From positions 2,688,001 to 2,752,000 of the forward strand of contig OZ241362.1 in assembly GCA_965200315.1 (NCBI GenBank): DNA of 64,000 bases, in the 5' to 3' direction. Every line of letters begins with the position of its first letter. Positions within the stretch are counted from its first letter, which is position 1. The notes below the pieces were generated by a model. That model was not told the DNA's origin. It made no database searches and saw only the letters and a program-made list of their open reading frames with translations. The stretch is from Candidatus Latescibacterota bacterium. GTDB taxonomy: Bacteria > Latescibacterota > UBA2968 > UBA8231. Shown here one piece after another: positions 29,807 through 39,627 of this stretch. The translations under genes were made by a program, and so were the position numbers.

Positions 29807-32719
29807 TTAGTGCCGCGTCGTCAGTAGCGGTTCATGCGCCAGTGTTTTCGCCAACTGCTCTACCGTATTTGCAGCGTCAGGGATCATTAACAGGTCTGTC
29901 ATTAGCCGACGGTCCAACTCGCGGCGAACGGGATCGGAAGTTAGCTTGGCGAACCCGGCAAGGGGCTTGTCGGCTAAATCAGCAAAAATTTGCTCGCCTA
30001 TCTGTAGTTGTCGGTCGGTCAACCGATTCGTGTCTATGACCCGCAGCGTTTGTGTTAGCTCATGCGGCAGCCTGCTTCTGCCGAGATAGGGCCGATTCGC
30101 ATGAACGATTCGCAGTAACAAACCGAGAGTACTGTTGAGCCACAGGCATAGCACCTCTTCTGCGCCATCGCGTGGATTCTTCATCTTTAGACTGGTCCAC
30201 GAGCTAACGCCGAGCATAGGCTCTTCCGTACAGACGGCTGCCAATCGCTGAGGGGCGTGACCCAGTTCACGTGCGATCTGCAAACGACTCGCTTGCTTCA
30301 GCATTTTGTCTTGTTCTGCTCTATTTTTTTCTTTTTTTCGTCGCAATTTTGCGTTCGCAGCCGCTTTTAATGTTTTCATCTTTTTTTCTGAATGATGCCA
30401 CACTGCCGGTTCGCCCATGCTCGTTGGATCATCGGTTTCAACGATGGCAAATAGACCCTGCTTTGGATTCTTGATCTGCATTTCGTAGGGGCCTAAGTCG
30501 CAGATGGTTCCCAAGGTGGTTAGCGGAATCTGACCTGATCCGAATTTTTGCGAGTGTAGAAAATCCAAGGTGGTCGTCGTGAGTCGGCTTTGAATGAATG
30601 TCGTGTGTGCCCATGGACCAGCATCTAACATTTGCTGACGCACGGCGATGATCTCTCCCCACTCAATGCCAGCAATGTCGATTACCGAACATTCGACATT
30701 TTCTTGAGGTGTGTCGTCCGTGCGGGCGGCGAGTAGAGCCCGCGTAAGTCCCATAGCCGCAATAGGTTCATTCGGGATGCGGCGGAGGTTGACAAAGCGC
30801 GTCCACCCTTTGGCCTTTTCTAAGTCATTGCGGCGCGTGGCGATAATCAAGGTCTCGGCGATGCGGGTAGATTCCGAGAAGGCAACATACCTACGGCCGG
30901 GCAGGCCGGCACGGGCCGTGCGGTTGCGGTGGTCGTGGCTGACGATTACCCACTCGATATCGTAGCGGCTGAGCAATAGCTCGCGGATGGGCTGCCAGCG
31001 GCTGCCGGTCAAGACGGTAGCGGGCAAAACGAAAGCCAGTCGGCCACCGATCTTTAAGTGCTCATCGGCTAGGGTCACGAACGCGGAGCCAAGACCAGCG
31101 TACGAACTCGCCGGTGTGCCATCTAACGTTTTGCGTAGTGCGTCATTCATACGTTTTTGATCCTTGCTCGACAACACTGACCCAAACAGTGGATTCCAAC
31201 TAGTGTTGTCTTTGCTTCCGGGACCGCCCGCACGGGTGTACGGTGGATTGGAGATGATGAGATCGCATTCGTATGACATTTCGGAGTCGTGCAACTGCTC
31301 GCCGGTCCCCGTGACACGAACAGCTTCTTGTTCTGGGTCGGGGAATAAACTCTCGGATTGGGCATTTTTGTAGTTTGGGGACTTGCGGAGAAAATCCAAG
31401 CTACCTAGCCGGGCGATCTCGTTATTTACGTCGTGTGGCATACGATAGATGGGGATGCCTTTCAACACTTGGCGGGTTTCAGCCATAGAAAGCGTTGTGG
31501 CGGTCAAATGCACGGCCCCGGGGACGACATCAAAGCCTATGAGGGAGTTTTCGAGCACAGCTTTCAACGATGCGTCCAACACCTGTTGTGTTCTCCGCAA
31601 TCGCTTGAGTATCTCTTGGGTTGCGGCCATTAGTAGAGTACCGCTGCCACAAGCCGGATCGACGATCCGCAAAGATTTTCCCAAGCTCTTAGCGTCATCC
31701 CATTTCACAGTACGCCATAATGGGGAATCGTCGTCAAACGCGAGACCGGCCAATAGAACAGCCGCTGGTATAGTGGTATAGTTGGTCGCCAAGTACTTCC
31801 GGCTCTCCAACAAGCGATGAAATATCCGTCCCATGACATCATGGCGGCGAATGGCTTGGTTTTCGGCCATGACCTTAGCGCACGGCTTGAGGACGGCCAG
31901 CGCGTTCACGTCTAACGGCGACGGGATTTCTGCGAGCGTTTTGCGGGCCACATCGAAGATCGGATACCAGTTGATGGAGAGAATCAAGTCCCATTGTTGC
32001 AGTAAATCGGCGGATCCCTCATTGGCTTGCGGACGGGGTATGCGGCTGCCAGTGTGGGGAGGTGGGAGAGCCTCGGGCAGCAAGTCCTTAGCGAGAATCT
32101 CTTGAAAAAGGAGCGCGTTGAGCCATATCAGGGCGCAGGCAGCCGATGGGTCGCTGTCTTTCTCGATTTGCCGTAGGCTAGGTGCTCGCGCCAGCGTTTC
32201 GGCGGCAGTGGCGATGGCCTGCGAGGCCATGTCCACCACGTCTTGAATGTTCACGGCCGGGCTAGTGTGGACCCAAAAATTGTGCAGTGTCTCAGCCAAG
32301 TCCCGGACGCTGCCGGTTTGCACCTGCCCCCATTCGATAGCTTGGGTGCTATCGGAACGAATGCCTTGGGTAAAAGCAAGCTCGCGGGTATTGGCGAGCT
32401 CATCAGCAGCATCGCTTTCAGGGATGCGCTGCATGGATTCTGGATAGGCCACAGTGAATGCGCTTGTGACCGGCAGGCCGCGCCAGTATAGCGGGCTTAG
32501 TTGGAGGCGTTTGCTAGCATCATCGCGCACCGAACTCGCCGGTGCGAACTCGGCTTCTAAAGCGATGGCGTCATCGTCCAACTCTATGAAGACATCAATC
32601 TGATGGTGTTTGCCCGAGGCGTCGCGTACTCGTTGTTCGCTTTCTGCTTCGAGGCCCATGCGCCGCAAGAGGTGGGCAAGATGGGTATTGAGGGTCGGTT
32701 CAGTCGTGTTGCCGATCAT
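29807..32719 (-). CDS. Fused restriction-modification enzyme (type IIG-like, amino-methyltransferase)
   Basis: NYTT, IVDPACGSGTLL (motif I), ISNPPY (motif IV), GGRLAFVLP; N-terminal IDV...LEAE nuclease-like motif; lower GC; AAAGGA RBS before ATG 32719. Confidence 0.85.
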   Translation of the reverse strand: MIGNTTEPTLNTHLAHLLRRMGLEAESEQRVRDASGKHHQIDVFIELDDDAIALEAEFAPASSVRDDASKRLQLSPLYWRGLPVTSAFTVAYPESMQRIPESDAADELANTRELAFTQGIRSDSTQAIEWGQVQTGSVRDLAETLHNFWVHTSPAVNIQDVVDMASQAIATAAETLARAPSLRQIEKDSDPSAACALIWLNALLFQEILAKDLLPEALPPPHTGSRIPRPQANEGSADLLQQWDLILSINWYPIFDVARKTLAEIPSPLDVNALAVLKPCAKVMAENQAIRRHDVMGRIFHRLLESRKYLATNYTTIPAAVLLAGLAFDDDSPLWRTVKWDDAKSLGKSLRIVDPACGSGTLLMAATQEILKRLRRTQQVLDASLKAVLENSLIGFDVVPGAVHLTATTLSMAETRQVLKGIPIYRMPHDVNNEIARLGSLDFLRKSPNYKNAQSESLFPDPEQEAVRVTGTGEQLHDSEMSYECDLIISNPPYTRAGGPGSKDNTSWNPLFGSVLSSKDQKRMNDALRKTLDGTPASSYAGLGSAFVTLADEHLKIGGRLAFVLPATVLTGSRWQPIRELLLSRYDIEWVIVSHDHRNRTARAGLPGRRYVAFSESTRIAETLIIATRRNDLEKAKGWTRFVNLRRIPNEPIAAMGLTRALLAARTDDTPQENVECSVIDIAGIEWGEIIAVRQQMLDAGPWAHTTFIQSRLTTTTLDFLHSQKFGSGQIPLTTLGTICDLGPYEMQIKNPKQGLFAIVETDDPTSMGEPAVWHHSEKKMKTLKAAANAKLRRKKEKNRAEQDKMLKQASRLQIARELGHAPQRLAAVCTEEPMLGVSSWTSLKMKNPRDGAEEVLCLWLNSTLGLLLRIVHANRPYLGRSRLPHELTQTLRVIDTNRLTDRQLQIGEQIFADLADKPLAGFAKLTSDPVRRELDRRLMTDLLMIPDAANTVEQLAKTLAHEPLLTTRH

Positions 32720-33011
32720 GGTTTGGATTCCTTTCAAAGAAATTCAACCGGGGCATCTATCGGTGGCAATACTTCGAGGATAGCCATAATACTCATAATG
32801 ACTCAAACGATTCGATTTGCGGATCGTCTTGTGCATACTATTCTGCGTCTGTCTGCGTTTATCTGTGGACCATCTTGCGAATAGATTGCTATAATTCCCC
32901 AAATTCTCCGTAGTCAATTCAATCTCAGACGGAATGGATATACGCCAAGGGTAGCACTCCTGTCTGTTAGAGACGAGGTAAGTAGGTCATCATTCCGGTT
33001 AGCCGGTTGCC

Positions 33012-34529
33012 CTAGGTAGCCAGCGGTGCGCCGCCGGGTATGGCAATAGAGATCGGCGATTTTGCGTACCGGGAGCGGCAGGCAGTGAAATCGGCGTTGC
33101 GGTACTCGCCTAGGTGAATGAATCCCGCAATGCGGTCTTCCGCCGCGCGGCCGGCAAATAGGAAGGGGATGGTATCGCCCGGGCGACTCACTTGGCTGCG
33201 CAACTTTACCTGATCGCCTTCGATGACGCCGGCGATTTGCTGCTGGGAAAAATCGCTTATATGGGTGCCGCCGATCCAATGCCCCTCCTGCTCGAGGAAT
33301 AGCTGGTGCTGGCTGCTGCTGCTCGAATAGTTGATGGTGAGGTCCCAAGAACCGCTGACGTCGGTTGCTGGCGGGACTAGCTCGGTTGATTGAGGACTCC
33401 GTTGCGCCGATAAGATGCGGTGAATCCGGTCGGCGACCACTGAGTCGTTGCCCGGCTGCATCTGGTTGGGCGTGATGCCGATGGAGGTGCGGCCGTTGGC
33501 ACCGCCGCTGGCCACGGCGATGCGGGGTTTGTTGCGAGCGAAATCCTCGGCGACCTCGGCACCGGTAATGTGCAAGGCCGCTGGGTCCCAACTGATGGTG
33601 AGGACCGGGGCGCGGTTGGACAAGCCGGTGGGTTCGTTGACCTCGGTCGATACGCTGTCGATGCCGCGCACCCGCTGGGCGATATGGTCGAGATAGGACA
33701 GCCAAGTCTGCCATTCGGCGGCGTGGTCGCGGCGCACCCACGCTTCCACGGCCGCCAGCATCCCCATGATCTCTTCCTTGCCGATTTTATCGTCGCGTCC
33801 CGGCCCGTGATGCGGCGAACTGAATTGCCACGCCGACTGGAGCAGGGCTTTGTCGCCCAGTACCAAGCCGGCGCACTGGGGGCCGCACAGAGCTTTGCCG
33901 CCGCTGTAGGCCACGACGGTGGCCCCCCTTTGCAAGTGGACATTGGGAATGGTGAGGTTTTCGGCCGCGGAGTCGGCGAGGATGGGGATTTTGTGTGGGC
34001 GGGCCACGTCGGCAATGACCTCTAGGGAAAGCGGCTGGGCGGTGGCGGAGCCAGCTCCCGTGGTTATGTAGATCATGGCGGTGCGGGGATTGATGGCTCG
34101 CTCCAATTCGGCTCGGGTCTCGACCATGACGATTTCGACGCCGATGCTGCGCACGGCGTGGTCGTAGGCGTTGCGTGCATACCGGGGGATGATGACTTGG
34201 GTTTTGTCCAAGCCGGTCAAATCCGGGATGCGGATCAGTTTTTCGGGATTGCCGCCGGTGACGCAAGCTGCGGTGATGTGCTTGAGGCCAGCGGCGCAAC
34301 CCGCTGGAATCAGGCCCCAGTCCGCTCCGGTGATTTCAGCGAGTCTTTGGCCGACGGCTTCGGCCAGTTCGTCGTACTGGACGAAGTAGCCCGAGGCCGC
34401 TTCCATGGCCGCCACCACTTCGGGGAGTTCGACCGAGCCGCCGATGATGGTAAACGTGCCGCGGCAGTTGATGATGGGTTCGACGCCGATGGCTTGGTAT
34501 ATGTTTTGGTTGCTGGGGTCCAACGTCAT
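33012..34529 (-). CDS. SelA/DgaE-like PLP-dependent enzyme with C-terminal beta domain
   Basis: PIINCRGTFTIIGGS, DSAAE, YSGGKALCGPQ, KIGKEEI. Confidence 0.85.
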   Translation of the reverse strand: MTLDPSNQNIYQAIGVEPIINCRGTFTIIGGSVELPEVVAAMEAASGYFVQYDELAEAVGQRLAEITGADWGLIPAGCAAGLKHITAACVTGGNPEKLIRIPDLTGLDKTQVIIPRYARNAYDHAVRSIGVEIVMVETRAELERAINPRTAMIYITTGAGSATAQPLSLEVIADVARPHKIPILADSAAENLTIPNVHLQRGATVVAYSGGKALCGPQCAGLVLGDKALLQSAWQFSSPHHGPGRDDKIGKEEIMGMLAAVEAWVRRDHAAEWQTWLSYLDHIAQRVRGIDSVSTEVNEPTGLSNRAPVLTISWDPAALHITGAEVAEDFARNKPRIAVASGGANGRTSIGITPNQMQPGNDSVVADRIHRILSAQRSPQSTELVPPATDVSGSWDLTINYSSSSSQHQLFLEQEGHWIGGTHISDFSQQQIAGVIEGDQVKLRSQVSRPGDTIPFLFAGRAAEDRIAGFIHLGEYRNADFTACRSRYAKSPISIAIPGGAPLAT

Positions 34530-34572
34530 GCGAGCCTCCCTTGTGGATTGTGTCTGAGCAAACTTGTAAAGG

Positions 34573-35412
34573 TCAGGTCCGGCCCCAGATGCGGGCGGCT
34601 GTACCGCCTAGCATCTGGTCTTTTTCGCGCTGGCTGAGAAAGTCGAAACCCTCCTGCACTAGGCGCAACTCTTCGGCCAAGGTCGGCCAGTTGTGCTTGG
34701 TGCGGTGGTGCCCCGGATAACCAGTGCCCCACAGCATCCGCTCGGCCCCAAAGGCGTGGTGCAGGCGCTGGATGAAGGGATGCACGTCGGCATAGGGGAA
34801 ATTTTCTCGCGAGCGGCCGTGGACATCCGATATTTTCACCGCCACGTTGTCGAAATTAGCTAGCTCGACAATGGGCTGAAAAGCCTCGGCTCGCTCGTCG
34901 AGGTTGGGATAGCCCATGTGGTCCAATAGCAGGGGTAGCTGCGGATGGCGGCGAGCGATTTCAGCTACTTGATCGGCGCAAGCGGCGTTGAGGTGGAACT
35001 GGATGACAGCGCCCATGGCGTCGAGGGCTTCCCACAAGGGACGGTTCTGGGGCGTGGTCAGGACTTTTTCGTCCGGGTAGTACATGGGATGGAAGCGGAA
35101 ACCGACCAAGCCGCGTTCCTCCAGCCAGTAGCGCGCCTGATCGGCGTTGTCTGGATTTTGCGGGTCGAGCATGCCGTGGCCGATGAAGCGGTCGGGGAAG
35201 CGGGCCTGCGAATCGGCGATATAGCCGTTGTCCCAAGTGGACCAGCTAGTCTGCACCAAGACGCTGCGATCAACGCCGTTTTGGTCCATGTCCTCTATAA
35301 GCTCGTCGGCGGTAGCCGGTTCGTCCGGCTTGGAGGTCCAGTCCGGGGCAGTGGGGCCGATGGGGTATTTCTCGGACATTTCCCAGATGTGTACGTGGGT
35401 ATCGACGATCAT
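34573..35412 (-). CDS. Amidohydrolase family 2 protein
   Basis: IVDTHVHIW, GFRFH, LDHMG, RMLWGTGYP. Confidence 0.9.
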   Translation of the reverse strand: MIVDTHVHIWEMSEKYPIGPTAPDWTSKPDEPATADELIEDMDQNGVDRSVLVQTSWSTWDNGYIADSQARFPDRFIGHGMLDPQNPDNADQARYWLEERGLVGFRFHPMYYPDEKVLTTPQNRPLWEALDAMGAVIQFHLNAACADQVAEIARRHPQLPLLLDHMGYPNLDERAEAFQPIVELANFDNVAVKISDVHGRSRENFPYADVHPFIQRLHHAFGAERMLWGTGYPGHHRTKHNWPTLAEELRLVQEGFDFLSQREKDQMLGGTAARIWGRT

Positions 35413-35429
35413 GGACGGTTCCCTTTAAG

Positions 35430-35867
35430 ATACCCCAGTGGTGCAGCAATTCCATAGCGGCATAGTAATGCGACTCGTCGTTGGTCCCGGCTAGATAGAT
35501 GCGGTTGTTTTGGTGCTGGGCGATGATGGCGTCGCTGCGCAGGACGGGCCGGGGCTTTTGCAAGGCTTGCAGGCGCGGCCCTAAGGATGGTTCCGCTTTG
35601 AGGGCGGCTTGGCCCACCAAAATGAGCGGGGAGGCTTCGGTCAGGGCCTGCTCTTAGAGAGTCGGCCCGGTCAATGAGCGGTAGGCGGGGCCCGCTCATC
35701 TCCGCGATATAGCGCACCAAGTCGCGGGCGGCGCGGCGCTCCCACTCGCCGGCTTCGGGGTGGACGCCAATGCGGGCTCGGCTCTGTCCCTGCTCGACGA
35801 TAGTGAGTCGGGCGGCGGCATGGGCTTGGCTGAGCAAGAGCAGGCACAAGGTTAGCGCAAGGTGCAT
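35430..35867 (-). pseudogene. Frameshifted N-terminal remnant of a secreted (DUF4838-like) protein
   Basis: Signal peptide, AARDLVRYIAEMSG; continues in another frame as IYLAGTNDESHYYAAMELLHHWG, then ends. Confidence 0.65.
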
Positions 35868-36436
35868 GTTCTACTCCCAGCGGATTCAGACCAAAGCCTC
35901 TCAAACACCAAACATCCATCGTCGGCTTCTTTGAGTGCGAATACGTCTGGATTCGATAGAGATTCCCATCCATCGTAGCCGAAATTAGGGTCCAGTGAGT
36001 TCAGGATCAGACTCAAGAGGTTGCCATGGGCTACCGCAATTGGAAGCCGGTGGCCACCGTCGAATAGCTCGGTTATGGCAGCCCAGCCGCGGTCTAACAC
36101 TTCGCGTGCCGACTCGCCGCCCGGCAGCCGCAAATCCAAGTCTCCGAATGAGTCGCGGACCACCGTGCGCCAGTTGTCAATCGGACTCCCCGAAAGCGTC
36201 CGTTCAACCAAGCGGCGATCCAAGTGAACGGGTAATCCCGCTATGGCGGCAAACGGCTCAATGCTTTGCTGGGCCCGCGTGTAGGGACTGGTGACGATCA
36301 TGTCGATTGGATAGCTAGACAAGAAACCAGCGAGTGCTTCCGCCTGATGTAGCCCAATCTCTGTCAGGGCCGCATCCGGGTCTTGTTCTGAGGCCTGACA
36401 ATGCCTGATCAGCAGCAATTGGCGCACCGTTTTCAC
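35852..36436 (-). CDS. Histidine phosphatase family protein
   Basis: LLIRHC, TSPYTRAQQS, RLVER, GGES, VAHG; start uncertain. Confidence 0.85.
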   Translation of the reverse strand: MKTVRQLLLIRHCQASEQDPDAALTEIGLHQAEALAGFLSSYPIDMIVTSPYTRAQQSIEPFAAIAGLPVHLDRRLVERTLSGSPIDNWRTVVRDSFGDLDLRLPGGESAREVLDRGWAAITELFDGGHRLPIAVAHGNLLSLILNSLDPNFGYDGWESLSNPDVFALKEADDGCLVFERLWSESAGSRTCTLR

Positions 36437-36467
36437 TGATTGTTTAACGTGCAAAAGATAGAGATTC

Positions 36468-37037
36468 CTAGCGCCCAACCATAGCGACGAAATAGCGATG
36501 TAGGCTCAAATCGCCGGTCAGTTCAGGATGGAACGAGGCGACGAGCACTTGGCCTTGGTGCGCCACGACCACATCGTCGCCGCAGGTGGCCAGTGCCGCG
36601 ACCCCATTGCCCAATCGCGCGATGCGGGGCGCACGGATAAAGATCATCGGCAAGGATCGCGGTGCCCCATCCGCCACCCAAACGCCCGTCCCCTCAAAGC
36701 TATTGGCTTGGCGGCCATAGCTGTTGCGCTCGACGTCGATATCGATCAGGCCGAGGGACTTCTGAGCTGGATTGGAGACGCCTTTGGCCAACAGGATCAT
36801 CCCGGCGCAGGTGCCAAAAATGGGATTGCCGGCCGCGGCGAAATCCCTCAGCGGGGCCCAAAAATCCCAAGAATCCATGAGCTTAATGAGCGTCGTGCTC
36901 TCGCCGCCGGGAAAGATAAGGCCGTCAACTGCTGACAACTGCTCTGGCTTTTTGACCACGCGGGACTCGACCGCCAAGGCGTCGAGCATTTTGCCGTGGG
37001 CCGCGTAGTCGCCCTGCAATCCCAAAATTCCAATCAT
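36468..37037 (-). CDS. pdxT: PLP synthase glutaminase subunit
   Basis: LQGD, PGGESTT, GTCAG, RNSYGRQ, FIRAP, FHPEL. Confidence 0.97.
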   Translation of the reverse strand: MIGILGLQGDYAAHGKMLDALAVESRVVKKPEQLSAVDGLIFPGGESTTLIKLMDSWDFWAPLRDFAAAGNPIFGTCAGMILLAKGVSNPAQKSLGLIDIDVERNSYGRQANSFEGTGVWVADGAPRSLPMIFIRAPRIARLGNGVAALATCGDDVVVAHQGQVLVASFHPELTGDLSLHRYFVAMVGR

Positions 37038-37055
37038 CGCTTATATCTTGTATCA

Positions 37056-37091
37056 TAAAATTACCCCGTCCCTGACAGAGCAGAGACGGGG
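37056..37091 (-). terminator. Intrinsic terminator-like hairpin between pdxS and pdxT
   Basis: Minus strand CCCCGTCTCTG-ctctgt-CAGGGACGGGG followed by TAATTTT. Confidence 0.55.
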
Positions 37092-37119
37092 CATTTTCCG
37101 TTTGCATCTGTGCGGCGTC

Positions 37120-38031
37120 CTACCAGCCGCGAGTTTGTAGTTTGTCCTTCTCTTCGAGGGTGTCGATGTTGATGCCGACCATGGCCTCGCCGAGGTTTTC
37201 AGAGACGCGGATTAGGACCTCTGGGTCGTCGTAGTGGGTGGTGGCCTCGACGATGGCTTTGGCGCGGATGGCCGGGTCGCCGGACTTAAATATCCCGGAG
37301 CCGACGAAAATGGCCTCGGCCCCGAGTTGCATCATCAGCGAGGCATCGGCAGGTGTAGCGACGCCGCCAGCGGCAAAATTGGGCACTGGCAGCTTGCCGT
37401 GCTCGGCGATCCAGCAGACCAGTTCATAAGGTGCGCCTAGGTCTTTGGCCGCCGTCATTAGCTGCTCGGGACGCAACACGGTCAGCCGGCGGATCTCATC
37501 GGTAACTGAGCGCATGTGGCGCACGGCCTCGACGATGTTGCCCGAGCCAGCCTCGCCCTTGGTGCGGATCATGGCCGCGCCCTCGCCAATCCGCCGCAGG
37601 GCCTCGCCGAGGTTGCGGCAGCCGCAGACGAAAGGCACCTCAAAGGCGAACTTATCGACGTGATAGTGCTCGTCGGCCGGGGTCAGGACCTCGCTTTCGT
37701 CGACGTAGTCGATCCCGAGGGCTTGGAGCATCTGCGCTTCGGCAAAGTGGCCAATGCGGCATTTGGCCATGACCGGAATGGAAGTCGCCTCCATGATCTG
37801 GCGCAGCTTCTCAATGCTCGACATGCGCGACACGCCGCCTTCCGCACGGATGTCGGCGGGCACTCTTTCCAGTGCCATGACCGAGGCGGCCCCAGCGTCT
37901 TCGGCGATCTTAGCTTGGTCGGCGGTGACGACGTCCATGATGACCCCGCCCTTGAGCATTTCGGCGAGGCCGGTCTTGAGGCGCAGGGTGCCAGTCTGGC
38001 CATTTTGTCCATTGGTATGCATCTCGCTCAT
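37120..38031 (-). CDS. pdxS: PLP synthase lyase subunit
   Basis: [39 protein letters not shown]. Confidence 0.98.
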   Translation of the reverse strand: MSEMHTNGQNGQTGTLRLKTGLAEMLKGGVIMDVVTADQAKIAEDAGAASVMALERVPADIRAEGGVSRMSSIEKLRQIMEATSIPVMAKCRIGHFAEAQMLQALGIDYVDESEVLTPADEHYHVDKFAFEVPFVCGCRNLGEALRRIGEGAAMIRTKGEAGSGNIVEAVRHMRSVTDEIRRLTVLRPEQLMTAAKDLGAPYELVCWIAEHGKLPVPNFAAGGVATPADASLMMQLGAEAIFVGSGIFKSGDPAIRAKAIVEATTHYDDPEVLIRVSENLGEAMVGINIDTLEEKDKLQTRGW

Positions 38032-38174
38032 AGCGCAATCTCCTTTAGTTTCAATCCGCTCCCCGCCGAAACGAGGGGAGACTTATTCATTATCTGTTGC
38101 GCCGCTGCAGGATAACAGTGCCCTAAAAACATATTCCAAAACATCCCCCCACGCAATTTTTGCCGAGGGCAAAA

Positions 38175-39614
38175 TCAGGCCCCGCGCAGGCTCTGCCAAT
38201 AGGTGCGGCAGAGGTCGCGGGCGAAGAGGAAGAGGGCGGCTAAGGTCGCACCGACGCCGAGGACCGCACCGACTACGAGGACGGCGAGCGGGGACCAAGT
38301 CAACTGGGGGCGGGCCAACAGGAGAACGATGAAGACGCAGGCGACCACCAAACCGGGGCGGCTGAGCGCGGCGAGATAGGTTGCAAAAGGCAGGCCGATC
38401 AAGCGGTTGACGAGATACTGCGAAAGCAGCAAGAACAGCAAGGCAGCGGCAGCGATGACGCTGGCCACGCCTTCGATGCCACGCGGCAGGCCATAGAAGT
38501 ACAGGGCCGGGATCAGCACCCCCATGCTAAAGAGCGACCAGTAGAAAGACCAGTTGGCCTTGCCTTTGGCCATAAAAATCGAGCCGACCAAAGTGCTGGC
38601 GACCTTCAAAAGCGTGGCGGCGGCTAACAGGCGCAGCACCATCCACATCGGCTCGGCGTTGACCAAGGCGGCAATCTCCGGCGCGAAGACGAATATCCCC
38701 GCGAGGACCGGACCCAGCGCGAGCACTAAGCCCTGCACTGAGGACAAATAGCCGCGGCGCAGAAGCGAGTCGTCGGCCACGATCGTCGAAAAGGTTGGGA
38801 AGGAGACGCGCTGGATGGTCGTGGCCAGCCGGGTCAAAGGCTGCAAGGTCAATCGTTCGGCCAAGCTGTAATAGGCTTGGGCCGTGGCCCCCAGCGGTAC
38901 AAAGATGAATAAATAAGCGATCTTGGTATTGAGCAGGGCCACCACGCGCGCGCCCGTGAGATTTAGCGCAAAGCCAAGAATCTGGCGCAGTGCTTGGGGC
39001 CGAAAGCGCAGACGCGGAAGCCAGCGGGCCGAAAGCGCGAGGCTGCTGAAAAGACCTAGTTCGCGCACGACCGAGCCGATGACCGGGACCAAGACGCCGA
39101 GTTCGGGGCGCCAGAAAAGCAGCAGCGTCACTGCGAAGGCAAAGGTCAGGACCGAAACGAGCTCGGAGAGGGCCACGGCGCGAAAGTCGAGATCGCGCTG
39201 CAATCTGGCCCGCAACAGGCCCGCCAATGAGGCGCAGGGGATCGTCAGGCAGAGTGTGCGCAGGACTCGGCCGAAGGTGTGCGGGTCTTCGCCCCCTAAA
39301 AAAGGAGCGAGCCAAGAGGCGGCGGCAACGACTGCGGCGGTGAGCAGCAGTCCCCAGCTCAAACAAGTCCAAAAGGCCGTGTCGAAGTGCTCCTCGCCCG
39401 CGCCCGGTAGCTGGACCAGGGCCGCGCCCAGACCCAAGTCGCCGACCAGCGATAGGAGCATCACCAAGGCCAGGACCCACTCAAAATGGCCCAACTCGTC
39501 GAGTGGCAAGAGCTTGTAGAGTGCCAGCATGACGCCGAGCTGGATAACGGAGGCACTGCCATTCCAGAGAAAACCGCGCAGGGCGCGCGTGGCCAGGGAG
39601 AGCGAGGCGCTCAC
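38175..39614 (-). CDS. Oligosaccharide flippase (Wzx family)
   Basis: DLGLGAALVQ, TAFW, LQRDLDFR; many TM helices. Confidence 0.88.
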   Translation of the reverse strand: MSASLSLATRALRGFLWNGSASVIQLGVMLALYKLLPLDELGHFEWVLALVMLLSLVGDLGLGAALVQLPGAGEEHFDTAFWTCLSWGLLLTAAVVAAASWLAPFLGGEDPHTFGRVLRTLCLTIPCASLAGLLRARLQRDLDFRAVALSELVSVLTFAFAVTLLLFWRPELGVLVPVIGSVVRELGLFSSLALSARWLPRLRFRPQALRQILGFALNLTGARVVALLNTKIAYLFIFVPLGATAQAYYSLAERLTLQPLTRLATTIQRVSFPTFSTIVADDSLLRRGYLSSVQGLVLALGPVLAGIFVFAPEIAALVNAEPMWMVLRLLAAATLLKVASTLVGSIFMAKGKANWSFYWSLFSMGVLIPALYFYGLPRGIEGVASVIAAAALLFLLLSQYLVNRLIGLPFATYLAALSRPGLVVACVFIVLLLARPQLTWSPLAVLVVGAVLGVGATLAALFLFARDLCRTYWQSLRGA

Positions 39615-39627
39615 AGGCTAGGTAGCT

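Noticed and set aside
33012-34529. Selenocysteine synthase selA
   Set aside because: Resembles the SelA-like/DgaE paralogues; no selB, selC or selD nearby
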